DNA from: an uncultured Candidatus Rokubacteria bacterium
GTDB taxonomy: Bacteria > Methylomirabilota > Methylomirabilia > Rokubacteriales > CSP1-6
Length of the DNA stretch: 64,000 nucleotides
Reading direction: 5' to 3'
Assembly: GCA_963771355.1 (NCBI GenBank)
Contig: CAVYTA010000006.1
Coordinates: forward strand, 1 to 64,000
This document shows positions 1 to 8,383 of the stretch, piece after piece; within the stretch, counting starts at the first letter, position 1; every line of letters begins with the position of its first letter. The position numbers were made by a program, and so were the translations under genes. Below the pieces are notes generated by a model that did not search any database, was not told the DNA's origin, and saw nothing but the letters and a program-made list of their open reading frames with translations.

Positions 1-497
1 TCGGGCTGATTGGTGTGCTCATAAATCACAAGAGTCTAGAGGCCGACGCCCAGGCGAAAAACATGCTGGAAGCCGCCAATTCGCTCAGGCAGAAGATCCG
101 TATCGTCAATGCCGGAAGCGACGACGAGTTCGACCCGGCTTTTGCGAGGCTATCGCAATCACGGGTTGGCGCGCTCTTGATCGATAACGATCCGTTCTAT
201 GACAGCAAGCGCGACAAGCTGGTGGCGTTGGCGGCCAGCTACAAGATCCCCACGATCTACGTGTGGCGTGACTCCGTCGTCGCTGGGGGGCTGATGAGCT
301 ACGGAGCGAGCCTCGTCGATTCCTATCGCCAAGTCGGCAACTACGCCGGCAGGATCCTCAAGGGTGCCAAGCCGGGCGATCTGCCGGTCCTGCAGCCGGC
401 CAAGTTCGAGTTGGTGCTCAATCTCAGGGCCGCCAAAGCCCTCGGCCTGACGATCCGGCCGTCAATCCTGCAGCGGGCGGATGAGGTGATCGAGTGA
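1..497 (+). CDS. ABC transporter substrate-binding protein (ABC_sub_bind family), 5'-truncated by window edge
   Basis: C-terminal motifs GGLMSYG, RILKGAKPGDLPV, FELVLNLRAAKALGLTI...RADEVIE. Confidence 0.9.
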   Translation, partial: GLIGVLINHKSLEADAQAKNMLEAANSLRQKIRIVNAGSDDEFDPAFARLSQSRVGALLIDNDPFYDSKRDKLVALAASYKIPTIYVWRDSVVAGGLMSYGASLVDSYRQVGNYAGRILKGAKPGDLPVLQPAKFELVLNLRAAKALGLTIRPSILQRADEVIE

Positions 498-859
498 CCG
501 AGGAACATCCGGGCGCAGAGCGACGCGCTGACGACGCTCGACGGGCCGCGCTGATGTTCGCAACGCTTGGCTTCGCCGCGCTCCCGCGCATCCCCGCCGA
601 CATGGCGCCGGTGTTCCAGGGGCTCCACCGCTGGCTCGACTCCTGGCGGGGGATCGGCGACCTCGTGACGGGCATGAACCGCCAAGCGTACGACTTGGAG
701 CTGACCCAATACCCGGATGGCTGGCGATGCACGTTCTTCGTGACCGGGCGGGAACACTCCCTCACGCCCACCACCGGCTCCGCCTGGGAGAAGACGCCCT
801 GGCTCGCGGTCCAGCGGGCCGCAGCACGCGCGCTGGACCGGACGATCTACCCCACATGA
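494..859 (+). CDS. hypothetical protein
   Basis: GTGA overlap with upstream gene, 121-aa Trp-rich ORF with coding-like codon usage. Confidence 0.7.
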   Translation: MTEEHPGAERRADDARRAALMFATLGFAALPRIPADMAPVFQGLHRWLDSWRGIGDLVTGMNRQAYDLELTQYPDGWRCTFFVTGREHSLTPTTGSAWEKTPWLAVQRAAARALDRTIYPT

Positions 860-951
860 TCGCCTGGCCCTCGGCGGCCGAGGTGGATGCGTGGCTCGTG
901 GTCCTCCCCATCGCGGCCGGCATCTGGTTCTTCTGGAGCGTGCGGAAGTGA
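856..951 (+). CDS. small membrane peptide (31 aa)
   Basis: ATGA overlap with previous stop; MIAWPSAAEVDAWLVVLPIAAGIWFFWSVRK has one hydrophobic segment. Confidence 0.5.
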   Translation: MIAWPSAAEVDAWLVVLPIAAGIWFFWSVRK

Positions 952-1005
952 CCCCCGGACGGGTTTCGTAGGACGGTCCTATGTTACGCGGTGCTCAATT
1001 CCGAC

Positions 1006-1035
1006 TTGACAAGACGTTACTCCCGAGGTAACAAT
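1006..1035 (+). promoter_or_regulatory. sigma70-like promoter with overlapping palindromic operator
   Basis: TTGACA at 1006-1011, AACAAT at 1030-1035, inverted repeat GTTAC-N7-GTAAC at 1016-1032, directly upstream of XRE gene. Confidence 0.6.
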
Positions 1036-1234
1036 GTCCTTCGAGAAGATCGGCATGCGAATCAAGGCGGCGCGGACGAAGCGGGGATGGAGCCAGGAGG
1101 AGCTCGCGGCCAAGGCCGGCGTGAGCCGCGGCTATCTCGCCCGGCTTGAGACGGGCCGACACGAGCCGACGCTCACCATGCTGGCGAAGCTGGCGAAGGC
1201 CCTGCGCGTCAAGATGACAGAGCTGCTGGGATGA
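1034..1234 (+). CDS. XRE/Cro-family HTH transcriptional regulator
   Basis: IKAARTKRGWSQEELAAKAGVSRGYLARLETGRHEPTLTML is a canonical HTH_3 pattern. Confidence 0.92.
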   Translation: MSFEKIGMRIKAARTKRGWSQEELAAKAGVSRGYLARLETGRHEPTLTMLAKLAKALRVKMTELLG

Positions 1235-1629
1235 CGCCGGAGCGGATTCGCTTCAAATTGAGCGAGGCTCGCTTCTTCCTCGACGGCCTTAATCGCGATC
1301 TCCCGAGCATCGCCCGCCAGCACCCTGAGGTCATCGAATACTACGTCAGCGCCTTCCTGAACGCGATGCACAGCGCCCACGATTCGCTCAGAAAGTATCG
1401 GCCTGATCCACTCGCGCACCTGTCGAAGGCTGAGAGCGAACACGTCCGGCGAATGCGCGACCGCCGGAACGTAGAGGCTCACCAGCTGACACGACTGGAA
1501 GAGACGGAAAAGCGGGTGGATGGGCCGGCGCTGCGCCTCCGCTTTACTGATGGCCCTCAAGAAGTGGTGGTCGATGCCTGCGAAAGGTATTGGGCCTTGC
1601 TGAAGCAGCCTGCCGACGGATTGAAGTAA
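1231..1629 (+). CDS. helical protein with HEPN-like RNxxxH motif
   Basis: ATGA-coupled to XRE gene; KLSEARFFL...YYVSAFL...RDRRNVEAH. Confidence 0.55.
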   Translation: MTPERIRFKLSEARFFLDGLNRDLPSIARQHPEVIEYYVSAFLNAMHSAHDSLRKYRPDPLAHLSKAESEHVRRMRDRRNVEAHQLTRLEETEKRVDGPALRLRFTDGPQEVVVDACERYWALLKQPADGLK

Positions 1630-1632
1630 GGC

Positions 1633-1878
1633 GTGATCCCGGACGCCCGCGAGCTTCACCGCGTCATTACGGCCAGCGTGCGCGAGCTGCTCGAGACCGC
1701 CCAGCTCGAGGCGCAGGCCGGCCCGGTGGACGAGGACCAGCTCGAGCGCCTCATCTTCCGCGCCGCCGCGCCCATCGTTCAGAGCCTGGCGCCGTTGACC
1801 GAGGCGCAGCGTGGCGAGCTGCTCCCGAATATCGTCCGGCTGATGTTGACGGCATTCCTCGAGGCGCAGGCGCGATGA
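1633..1878 (+). CDS. hypothetical protein (degenerate 3' copy on minus strand at ~6873-6974)
   Basis: 81-aa ORF 3 nt after previous stop; C-terminal part duplicated. Confidence 0.6.
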   Translation: MIPDARELHRVITASVRELLETAQLEAQAGPVDEDQLERLIFRAAAPIVQSLAPLTEAQRGELLPNIVRLMLTAFLEAQAR

Positions 1879-1906
1879 TCGCCTGCCGAGGAGAACCGCG
1901 AATAAT

Positions 1907-1987
1907 TCAGCCGGCGAGGAAGTAGGCGGTGGCGGCCATGGTGCCAACTGCGAGCCAGCGGATCATTGTGCGTCCACGTCGGATCAT
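1907..1987 (-). CDS. 26-aa hydrophobic peptide, copy 1
   Basis: MIRRGRTMIRWLAVGTMAATAYFLAG*; frame and length conserved in copy at 6762-6842; purine-rich RBS. Confidence 0.55.
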   Translation of the reverse strand: MIRRGRTMIRWLAVGTMAATAYFLAG

Positions 1988-2105
1988 CGTCGTCACCCCT
2001 ACGGATGACCCTACTCGCGCTTCTCGCCGAGCGCCAGAGAGATTCAAGAACATTTCTCAGCTTCTGCAAAAGCACAATTGCGGATGGGAAGGATTCGTGA
2101 CGCCG

Positions 2106-2279
2106 CTATTTCTCCAGGTCGGTCGGGTAGCCGAAGGCGTCGTTACACACCGGACAGCGCCCTTTACTGGGCATGGTTTCGGTCGCAGCCGTCGTGGAAA
2201 TGAGCGTCAGGCCCCCGCACTCGCACCCCAAGGTGGCGATGTTGGCCCGGTTGTCCAGGTTGATCAGCTTCATTTTCAT
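2106..2279 (-). CDS. small Zn-ribbon-like protein (CxC...CxxC), copy 1
   Basis: 57 aa MKMKLINL...GCECGG...RCPVCND...PTDLEK; near-identical copy at 6470-6643. Confidence 0.7.
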   Translation of the reverse strand: MKMKLINLDNRANIATLGCECGGLTLISTTAATETMPSKGRCPVCNDAFGYPTDLEK

Positions 2280-2433
2280 ACTTGCCTTAGCCTGACTTCC
2301 GCGGTGCCCCATCGGAGCCGCGCAGAGACCGGACAGATGGTGGGCAATGGCGAACCTCGGAAGCCTGCAAGGACTCTTCCGAAGGGAACACCTTATCGGT
2401 GCGAGCGCAAGGGAGCCTGCGGCACGGACGCGG

Positions 2434-2708
2434 CTACCCCTCGCGGGCTCGCTTCAACGCCCGGTCGATTGCGGGCAGGGCGTCCGGGGCATGGACAACC
2501 GCGACGGCGCGCGAGCCGCGGGCGTCTGTTACGAAGCCGGCAAAGAGATAGGGTCCCACCTTGCCTTTGCGTGCGCTCGCCTCGGGCTCGACGACCCGGA
2601 GCAGACGGGCCGCGAAACGCGCGAGCTGTTCCGTGCGTGTTTCAAGAGCACGAGGTATTGCGCCTCGCTCAGCTCGATCTGGACGGGCAGCGTCTTGGCG
2701 GTCGCCAC
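2434..2708 (-). pseudogene. small hypothetical protein divergent from integrase, frameshifted near 2615
   Basis: VATAKTLPVQIELSEAQYLVLLKHARNSSRV / RLLRVVEPE...PAIDRALKRAREG*; homologous to 5360-5584. Confidence 0.6.
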
Positions 2709-2776
2709 AGTGCCGCCGATGACACCACGCCGTCTATAGCTCGTCAACCCACCGACCGAGAGTAGGGGAGGGAAGC

Positions 2777-3898
2777 ATGGCCGTCCGCCGGATCAAGAAC
2801 CACGGGAAGTGGGTATGGCAGGCCCGCGTGGCGGTGCAGGGGCTCCGCCAGGCCGCCATCCGGGCGACACGCGAGGAGGCGCGGGACGCCGAGTCCGCGC
2901 TGCGCGGCCAGCTCAAGGCGCGCGTGGCCCAGGCCGACGAGGAGGGCGCCCGGCCGGCGACTCTCCGCCAGCTCCTCGCGGCCTACGTCGAGGACCTCCG
3001 CGCCCGCGGGCGGAGCCCCGACAGTGTGCTCCGCGCGCACTCAATCCTCCAGGCGATCACCGCGGTGCTGCCCGAGCTGCTCGACAAGGCCATCAGCCGG
3101 ATCGGGGACGCGGACGTCTACGCCTTCCGCAATGCGCGCGCCCGCGAGGGCAAGACGATCACGGAGAAGCTCGCCGGCGTCGCGGTCACGCGGCGCGGTC
3201 CCGCCAAGCCGAGCACCGTCAACCGGGATCTCCGGACGCTCCGGGCCGCGCTGAAACGCGCGCGCCCCGAGTACCGATTCCCGGGGGGCGCGTTTTTCAA
3301 GGAAGACGAGACGCGCGTGCGCTGGCTCCGGCCGGAGGAGGAGCTGCTCGTGCTCGGGGCGATGCCGTCACCGCTCCGCGAGCTCGCCCAGCTCGCCGCG
3401 CTCACCCTCATGCGCCTCTCGGAGATCCGGCTCCTCCGCCGCGAGGACGTCCACCTCGAGCAAGGGGTGGTCATGCTCCCGCGGACGAAGACTGAGCCGC
3501 GGCCTGTGGTCCTCGGCGCGGCCGCGCAGAAGCTCCTCCAGGGCCAGCTCGAGCACCAGGCCGGGGAGTGGGTGTTCCCGAACCCGGAGGGCCGGCCCTA
3601 CAGCCGGGTCCACGTGGCCCGCGTCTTCCGCAAGGCGGCCCGCGCCGCCGGGCTCCGGGACTTCCACTTCCACGATCTGAGGCACCACGGAGCGACCATG
3701 GCGCTCAACGCGGGCTTCACGGCGCCGATCGTGATGGCCCTCGGCGGCTGGAAGACGGAGCGCATGATGCGCCGCTACGCGGCGGTCACCGACGACACCC
3801 TCCGGGCGGCCGCAGAGGCCGTCAGTGGCAGCGGCCCATGGCAGCCGACCCGTAACCTCGCGCCGCGACAGGCGGCGTCGCATCCCTCTCAAGGCTGA
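2777..3898 (+). CDS. tyrosine recombinase / phage-type integrase
   Basis: catalytic motifs MRLSEI, FHDLRH, LGGWKT, MRRYA; N-terminal arm-binding-like segment; RBS GGGAGG. Confidence 0.95.
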   Translation: MAVRRIKNHGKWVWQARVAVQGLRQAAIRATREEARDAESALRGQLKARVAQADEEGARPATLRQLLAAYVEDLRARGRSPDSVLRAHSILQAITAVLPELLDKAISRIGDADVYAFRNARAREGKTITEKLAGVAVTRRGPAKPSTVNRDLRTLRAALKRARPEYRFPGGAFFKEDETRVRWLRPEEELLVLGAMPSPLRELAQLAALTLMRLSEIRLLRREDVHLEQGVVMLPRTKTEPRPVVLGAAAQKLLQGQLEHQAGEWVFPNPEGRPYSRVHVARVFRKAARAAGLRDFHFHDLRHHGATMALNAGFTAPIVMALGGWKTERMMRRYAAVTDDTLRAAAEAVSGSGPWQPTRNLAPRQAASHPSQG

Positions 3899-3929
3899 AA
3901 CACGGGTTCGAATCCCGTTGGGGCCACCA
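3884..3929 (+). mobile_element. att site: 3' half of tRNA-Glu(CTC)
   Basis: CCCTCTCAAGGCTGAAACACGGGTTCGAATCCCGTTGGGGCCACCA = anticodon loop, T-arm, acceptor strand and CCA; no 5' half upstream. Confidence 0.9.
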
Positions 3930-4036
3930 ACGCCGGTCCATTGGCTCCGGCATCACGTCGCCGACCGCGGGCGCGATGCCGGAGATGATCGGCGCGACTG
4001 CGAGGTCACCGGCCCAGTCGACCCACTTCGTGGGCA

Positions 4037-4066
4037 TTGACATCGCGCAGCTCCCCTTTCTACACT
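4037..4066 (+). promoter_or_regulatory. sigma70-like promoter
   Basis: TTGACA-N18-TACACT upstream of the 4133 gene. Confidence 0.55.
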
Positions 4067-4132
4067 TTCGGTGTTCACGCGGATGACCGACTCGCAAACC
4101 CGCTCGCGGAAGACCGAGCAAGGAGGCCCGTC

Positions 4133-4678
4133 ATGACGACGAGAACACGTGCCGTTGCGACAGTCGCACTTGCCACCGGACTCCTCTTCGGCTGCAGTAC
4201 GACACCGTCCACTCCGCAGGCCACGGACGAGCTCATGAGGAAAGCCACGGCCGAGAGACAGGAGTGGAACAAGCTGGATCCGCAGCTGGATGCGTTCGCC
4301 CGGAGGGGTCATGGCTACGCCTTCTTTCCGGAGGTAACCAAGGGCGCGGCGGGCGTCGGGGGGGGCTACGGCCGCGGGGTCGTGTACGAGCAGGGGCAGC
4401 ATATCGGCTATGCCGACATCACCCAGGCGTCCGCGGGGCTGCAGCTCGGGGGTCAGACCTACAGCGAGCTCGTCGTGTTCCAGAACAAAGCCGCTCTGGA
4501 CCGCTTCAAGCAGAACCAGATGGAGTTCGCCGCCAATGCCTCCGCCGTGATCGCGAAGACCGGCGCCGCGACGAACGCTCGCTTTGTCGACGGTGTCGTC
4601 GTCTTCGTGAGGCCGATCGTCGGCGCGATGGCGGAAGCATCGCTCGGCGGCCAGCGGACCAGGTACGTGGCGAAGTGA
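4133..4678 (+). CDS. YSC84/SYLF-domain lipoprotein
   Basis: AAGGAGG RBS; lipobox LFGC; FPEVTKGAAGVGGGYGRG and ASAGLQLGGQTYSELVVF motifs. Confidence 0.85.
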   Translation: MTTRTRAVATVALATGLLFGCSTTPSTPQATDELMRKATAERQEWNKLDPQLDAFARRGHGYAFFPEVTKGAAGVGGGYGRGVVYEQGQHIGYADITQASAGLQLGGQTYSELVVFQNKAALDRFKQNQMEFAANASAVIAKTGAATNARFVDGVVVFVRPIVGAMAEASLGGQRTRYVAK

Positions 4679-4687
4679 CAGCGCGCG

Positions 4688-4810
4688 TCAGCGCCGAACG
4701 ACGAGGCCCTCGAGGTCGAGCTCGGGCATCCGCCCGGTCATGAGGTCGGCGACGATGCGGGCGGTCCCGCAGGCCATGGTCCAGCCCATGTGACCGTGGC
4801 CGCAATTCAT
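4688..4810 (-). pseudogene. C-terminal fragment of D-amino acid dehydrogenase (DadA-like)
   Basis: NCGHGHMGWTMACGTARIVADL motif with no upstream gene body. Confidence 0.7.
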
Positions 4811-4911
4811 GCCCGTTCCTCCCAGTCGCGGCCACTCCGGGGCACGCTGCCTTGAGCGTGAGCGTACCGCGGACGGGCAGGCGGACCGGGAACGGACCGG
4901 CGATCGCTGCC

Positions 4912-5359
4912 CCTTGGGGCCACCACCGACGTTGACAAGCTCGGGGACGCCGAGCCGGCGATACGTGCCCGTCGCCGTTGAACGCGTAGCCACGGTTCTC
5001 GGCGTCCTCGTACGGCTGGCAGACCAGCCGCCCCTCCAAGAGCTGCCGCACCACTTGCCGCGCCTGGGCGATGTTGCGCGCCAGGAGCCCGCGGAGGTCC
5101 CCAGCCCGCTCCGTGGCAGCGCGCACGAGCGCAGCCGTGTCCACTACCGCCTCTGTCTCGAGCTGTCCGAGCTCTGCGGTCAGCGTGTCCCGCCGCTCGA
5201 GCTCGGCGCGAAGCCGGGTGCGGATCGCCTCAGCGGCGCCGTTGCCGTCCGCGAGGGCATCGAGCAGCCGCCGCTCTCGCCCGGCGATGGTCGCCAACTC
5301 CCCCGTGATGGTTGCCCGCCGCGTCGTCGCATCGGCCTGGCCGGCGTTGAGCTCGGCCA
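4912..5359 (-). pseudogene. C-terminal remnant of large serine recombinase ending in tRNA-Glu 3' sequence
   Basis: coiled-coil RERRLLDALADG...ARQVVRQLLEGRLVCQP...GYAF/TATGTY...NVGGGPKG; terminal codons are the reverse complement of TTGGGGCCACCA (4914-4925). Confidence 0.7.
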
Positions 5360-5584
5360 CAATACCTCGTGCTCTTGAAACACGCAAGGAACAGCTCACG
5401 TGTGGCGTCCCGTCTGCTCAGGGTTGTCGAGCCCGAGACGAACGCACGCAAAGGCAAGCTGGGCCCCTACACCTTCACCGGCTTTGTGACGGATGGCCTC
5501 GCCTTGCGGGCTCTCGCGCTCGTCAACGCGCCGGACGCCGTGCCCGCGATTGAGCGCGGGTTGAAGCGAGCGCGCGAGAAGTAG
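5360..5584 (+). pseudogene. 5'-truncated copy of the 2434-2708 small gene
   Basis: QYLVLLKHARNSSRVASRLLRVVEPE...GLKRAREK*. Confidence 0.65.
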
Positions 5585-6084
5585 CGGCATCACGCCCCTC
5601 CGCAATTCTGTTTTTGAAGAAGCTGGACATTTCCTCAATGACTCTGGCGCTCGGCCAGACGGTGCGCGAATATGGGTCATCCGGAGGAAGCACGATGATC
5701 CCCCTCGGACTGACATCATTCCGTGGGGCTCGCGAGTCAATCAGGGCCGTGAATCCATGCCGGGTATACAGCGCGGCGAGCATCCTGAGGACCCGTCCCC
5801 AGGAGAACGCGCGTGGAGACGGAAACGAAGGCGAGTCAACCCCATGATGATTGTCGCGGGAGTCGCTGCGTTTAATACCGTCGCGAGCGTGGTCGCGGGC
5901 GGGCCGAACTGGTGGACGCGCGCGTGGGCGGTCGCGCTCGTGGTCGCGTTGCTGCTGATGCTCGTCAGGATCGTGCGCGGTGCGTAACGCTTGGAGCTTT
6001 ATGACGTCTTCACTAGCTTTCTGACGGACCTCTGCGCCCGCCCGCTCCGCCATCCGACCGACCTGGAGACGTAGCGGCGTCACG
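5513..6084 (+). repeat. ~570 bp imperfect direct repeat, copy 1 (copy 2 at 16948-17518)
   Basis: colinear high similarity by eye throughout. Confidence 0.92.
5695..5987 (+). CDS. small two-TM membrane protein (frameshifted near 5' end relative to 17131 copy)
   Basis: GGAGG RBS; ...RRKRRRVNPMMIVAGVAAFNTVASVVAGGPNWWTRAWAVALVVALLLMLVRIVRGA. Confidence 0.55.
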
Positions 6085-6290
6085 ACTTCCCCCACCGCAA
6101 TTCTGTTTTTGCTGACGCTCGAAACGTCGCTGGGGTGCAGTCCCCCCAGGTGACCCCTACGACTGGTAGCCGCGATGCTCCCTGCTCCCTCCCTGTGGGG
6201 CCTGAGTCCTAGCCGCAAGAGCGCTCTTGCCTTCGGAATCTCCTTGAAGTATTCACTTTGGAACACTCTTTCGGACATGGAGGCCCGCCC

Positions 6291-6473
6291 TTGAAGAACC
6301 GGCTCGACGCCCAGGGGAAGCCGATCTGCCCGGTCTGTGAGCTCCGCATTGCGGATGATCCCGACACATACCCATTCGTCGGCGAGCAGCAGGTGCACCG
6401 AGAATGTTGGGCCAAGCCATTGCCGTACAGCCCCGGCGGGGCCTTGCGGAAGTCTGGGCTGAGGCGCGTATGA
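6291..6473 (+). CDS. small Zn-finger-like protein (CxxC...HxxC)
   Basis: GGAGG RBS before TTG; ICPVCEL...VHRECW; ATGA-coupled to next gene. Confidence 0.6.
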   Translation: MKNRLDAQGKPICPVCELRIADDPDTYPFVGEQQVHRECWAKPLPYSPGGALRKSGLRRV

Positions 6474-6643
6474 AAATGAAGCTGATCAACCTGGACAACC
6501 GGGCCAACATCGCCACCCTGGGGTGCGAGTGCGGGGGCGTGACGCTCATTTCCACGACGGCTGCGACCGAAACCATGCCCAGTAAAGGGCGTTGTCCGGT
6601 GTGTAACGACACCTTCGGCTACCCGACCGACCTGGAGAAGTAG
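6470..6643 (+). CDS. small Zn-ribbon-like protein, copy 2
   Basis: differs from 2106-2279 product at two residues. Confidence 0.7.
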   Translation: MKMKLINLDNRANIATLGCECGGVTLISTTAATETMPSKGRCPVCNDTFGYPTDLEK

Positions 6644-6761
6644 CGGAGTCACTTCTCCTCTCCCTCCGCACTTCTGTTTTTGCTGAAGCTACGAAAGTTT
6701 CTTGAATGACTCTGGCGCTCGCAGATAAGCGTGAGTATGGTCATCAGTAGGAGCGACGCTG

Positions 6762-6842
6762 ATGATCCGACGTGGACTCAGAATGATCCGCTGGCTCGCA
6801 GTTGGCACCATAGCCGCCACCGCATACTTCCTCGCCGGCTGA
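6762..6842 (+). CDS. 26-aa hydrophobic peptide, copy 2
   Basis: AGGAG RBS; MIRRGLRMIRWLAVGTIAATAYFLAG*. Confidence 0.55.
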   Translation: MIRRGLRMIRWLAVGTIAATAYFLAG

Positions 6843-7434
6843 ATCATTCGCGGTTCTCCTCGGCGGCGGTTGTCATCGCGCATGCGCCTCGAGGAACGCC
6901 GCCAACATCACGCGGGCGACATTCGGAGCAGCTCGCCGCGCTGCGCCTCGGTCAACGTCGCCAGGTTCTGGACGAAGTCCAAACGCCTCAAGGCACGGAT
7001 TTCGGTACCCGCGATCGACACGAGGTCTCGTCTCCAGTAGGACGCCGCGGCTGTGCCGGCCGCGATGATCGTACGCCCATGGTCCCATAGACGAATCGAG
7101 GTCGTCGGTCGACACTCCTGCCCGTGGAGCGTAGCGCCCCTCATGTGCGACATGCCGCGGCCAACGGTGGAGCAGGGATGGAACAGGCGCAGCGCGCCAG
7201 TAACTGGAGTTGGCGATGTCAACCACCCTTAGCGGATGAAAGTGGCGCCTGGTTCGGGATCAAGGGTAACCCTTCGTCGCCCCTGCCGCGGCCGGGTGGC
7301 TTTGGCCGTTCACCCCCGTCGCGGGGCCCAACCTACAACATCCGCAAGGAACACATACCATCAGCAACCATGTCCGGAGCGGAATGGAGCATGAATCCTG
7401 AGGCGGCCGGATAGGGCAAGCAAAGGGGAAACAC

Positions 7435-7968
7435 ATGAATCGAGCAATGACAATGCTAAGCGCGTTCGCAATGGTCTGCGCTCTTGCCCTGCCCGGTTGG
7501 GCGCAGGTCAGAGTGCTGCCGACACAGACCATCACCATTGCGGGCACCATCGAGACGATTGATCAGGGCAAGCGCGCCATGAACATCAAGAAGGCCGATG
7601 GCGAGATCGTCGCCGTCAACGTGCCCGAGACCGTCAAGCGCTTCAACGAGCTCAAGGTGGGGGACAAGATCAAGGCCACGTACAATAACAACGTCATGGT
7701 TCGCGTGAAGCCGGCAGGCGAGCCGGCCGTCGATACTGCTGACACGACCACCACCACGGGGCAGTCCAGCGGCAAGGCGGAGATGGTGCGGAGGATGACG
7801 GCGAGCATCGTCGACATCGACAAGAGCGCGTCGGCGATCACTTTCGTCGGGCCGAACGGGTGGAAATACAGCCGACGGGTCGTCGATCCGACCGTGTTCG
7901 ATCAGGTCAAGGTGGGGGACCGTGTTGACATCACCTGGAACACCGACCTCGCGGTCGCGGTGGAGTAA
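7435..7968 (+). CDS. exported protein with two OB-fold-like repeats
   Basis: signal peptide ending GWA-Q; two LKVGDKI/VKVGDRV repeats. Confidence 0.75.
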   Translation: MNRAMTMLSAFAMVCALALPGWAQVRVLPTQTITIAGTIETIDQGKRAMNIKKADGEIVAVNVPETVKRFNELKVGDKIKATYNNNVMVRVKPAGEPAVDTADTTTTTGQSSGKAEMVRRMTASIVDIDKSASAITFVGPNGWKYSRRVVDPTVFDQVKVGDRVDITWNTDLAVAVE

Positions 7969-8383
7969 GCGGTCGCATCGTTCCTGAGGCGGCCAGCGCT
8001 CGAGTGGGCGACTACATCATCGTGGCAGGCGTCACGGTGGAGTGGACGCAGCCGGCGGAGGGGCTCTAGCCAGTCGGGGAGCGCAAGACCAGCAGACCTG
8101 ACGGATGTTGCGTGAGGTTCTAGACCTCCACGTGGCCAATGCGTTCCCCGGTTCCAATTCGCCGGGGACCTGATGGCGCCGTCGAGGTCGGTGGCGATTC
8201 TTTCGCCAACGACCTCGAGGGCGCCTTTTCGCTTTTGGACACATCGCACCATGGAGGATCCATATCGTCGCCTCAGGGCTCTTCGCGACCGCGCCCGGCG
8301 TGGCCATGGGCTTCTGAGACAGCGTCCGCCAACCCCTCGTCGTTCTTTTTGGAGGCCCGCAACCACCTGCAGGCGAACAGGTC

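Larger units (their letters stand above)
1776..2302. repeat. long imperfect inverted repeat, left arm (right arm ~6446-6974)
   Basis: reverse complement aligns by eye over the Zn-ribbon gene, conserved motif, peptide ORF and the end of the 1633 gene. Confidence 0.9.

Noticed and set aside
3860..3929. Complete tRNA-Glu gene
   Set aside because: No 5' acceptor strand or D-arm upstream; it is an att fragment.
5576..6768. CRISPR array or classical integron
   Set aside because: Repeats are long and degenerate with ~500-bp gene-containing spacers; no cas genes; no attC R-box/hairpin pattern or IntI-specific insertion recognised.
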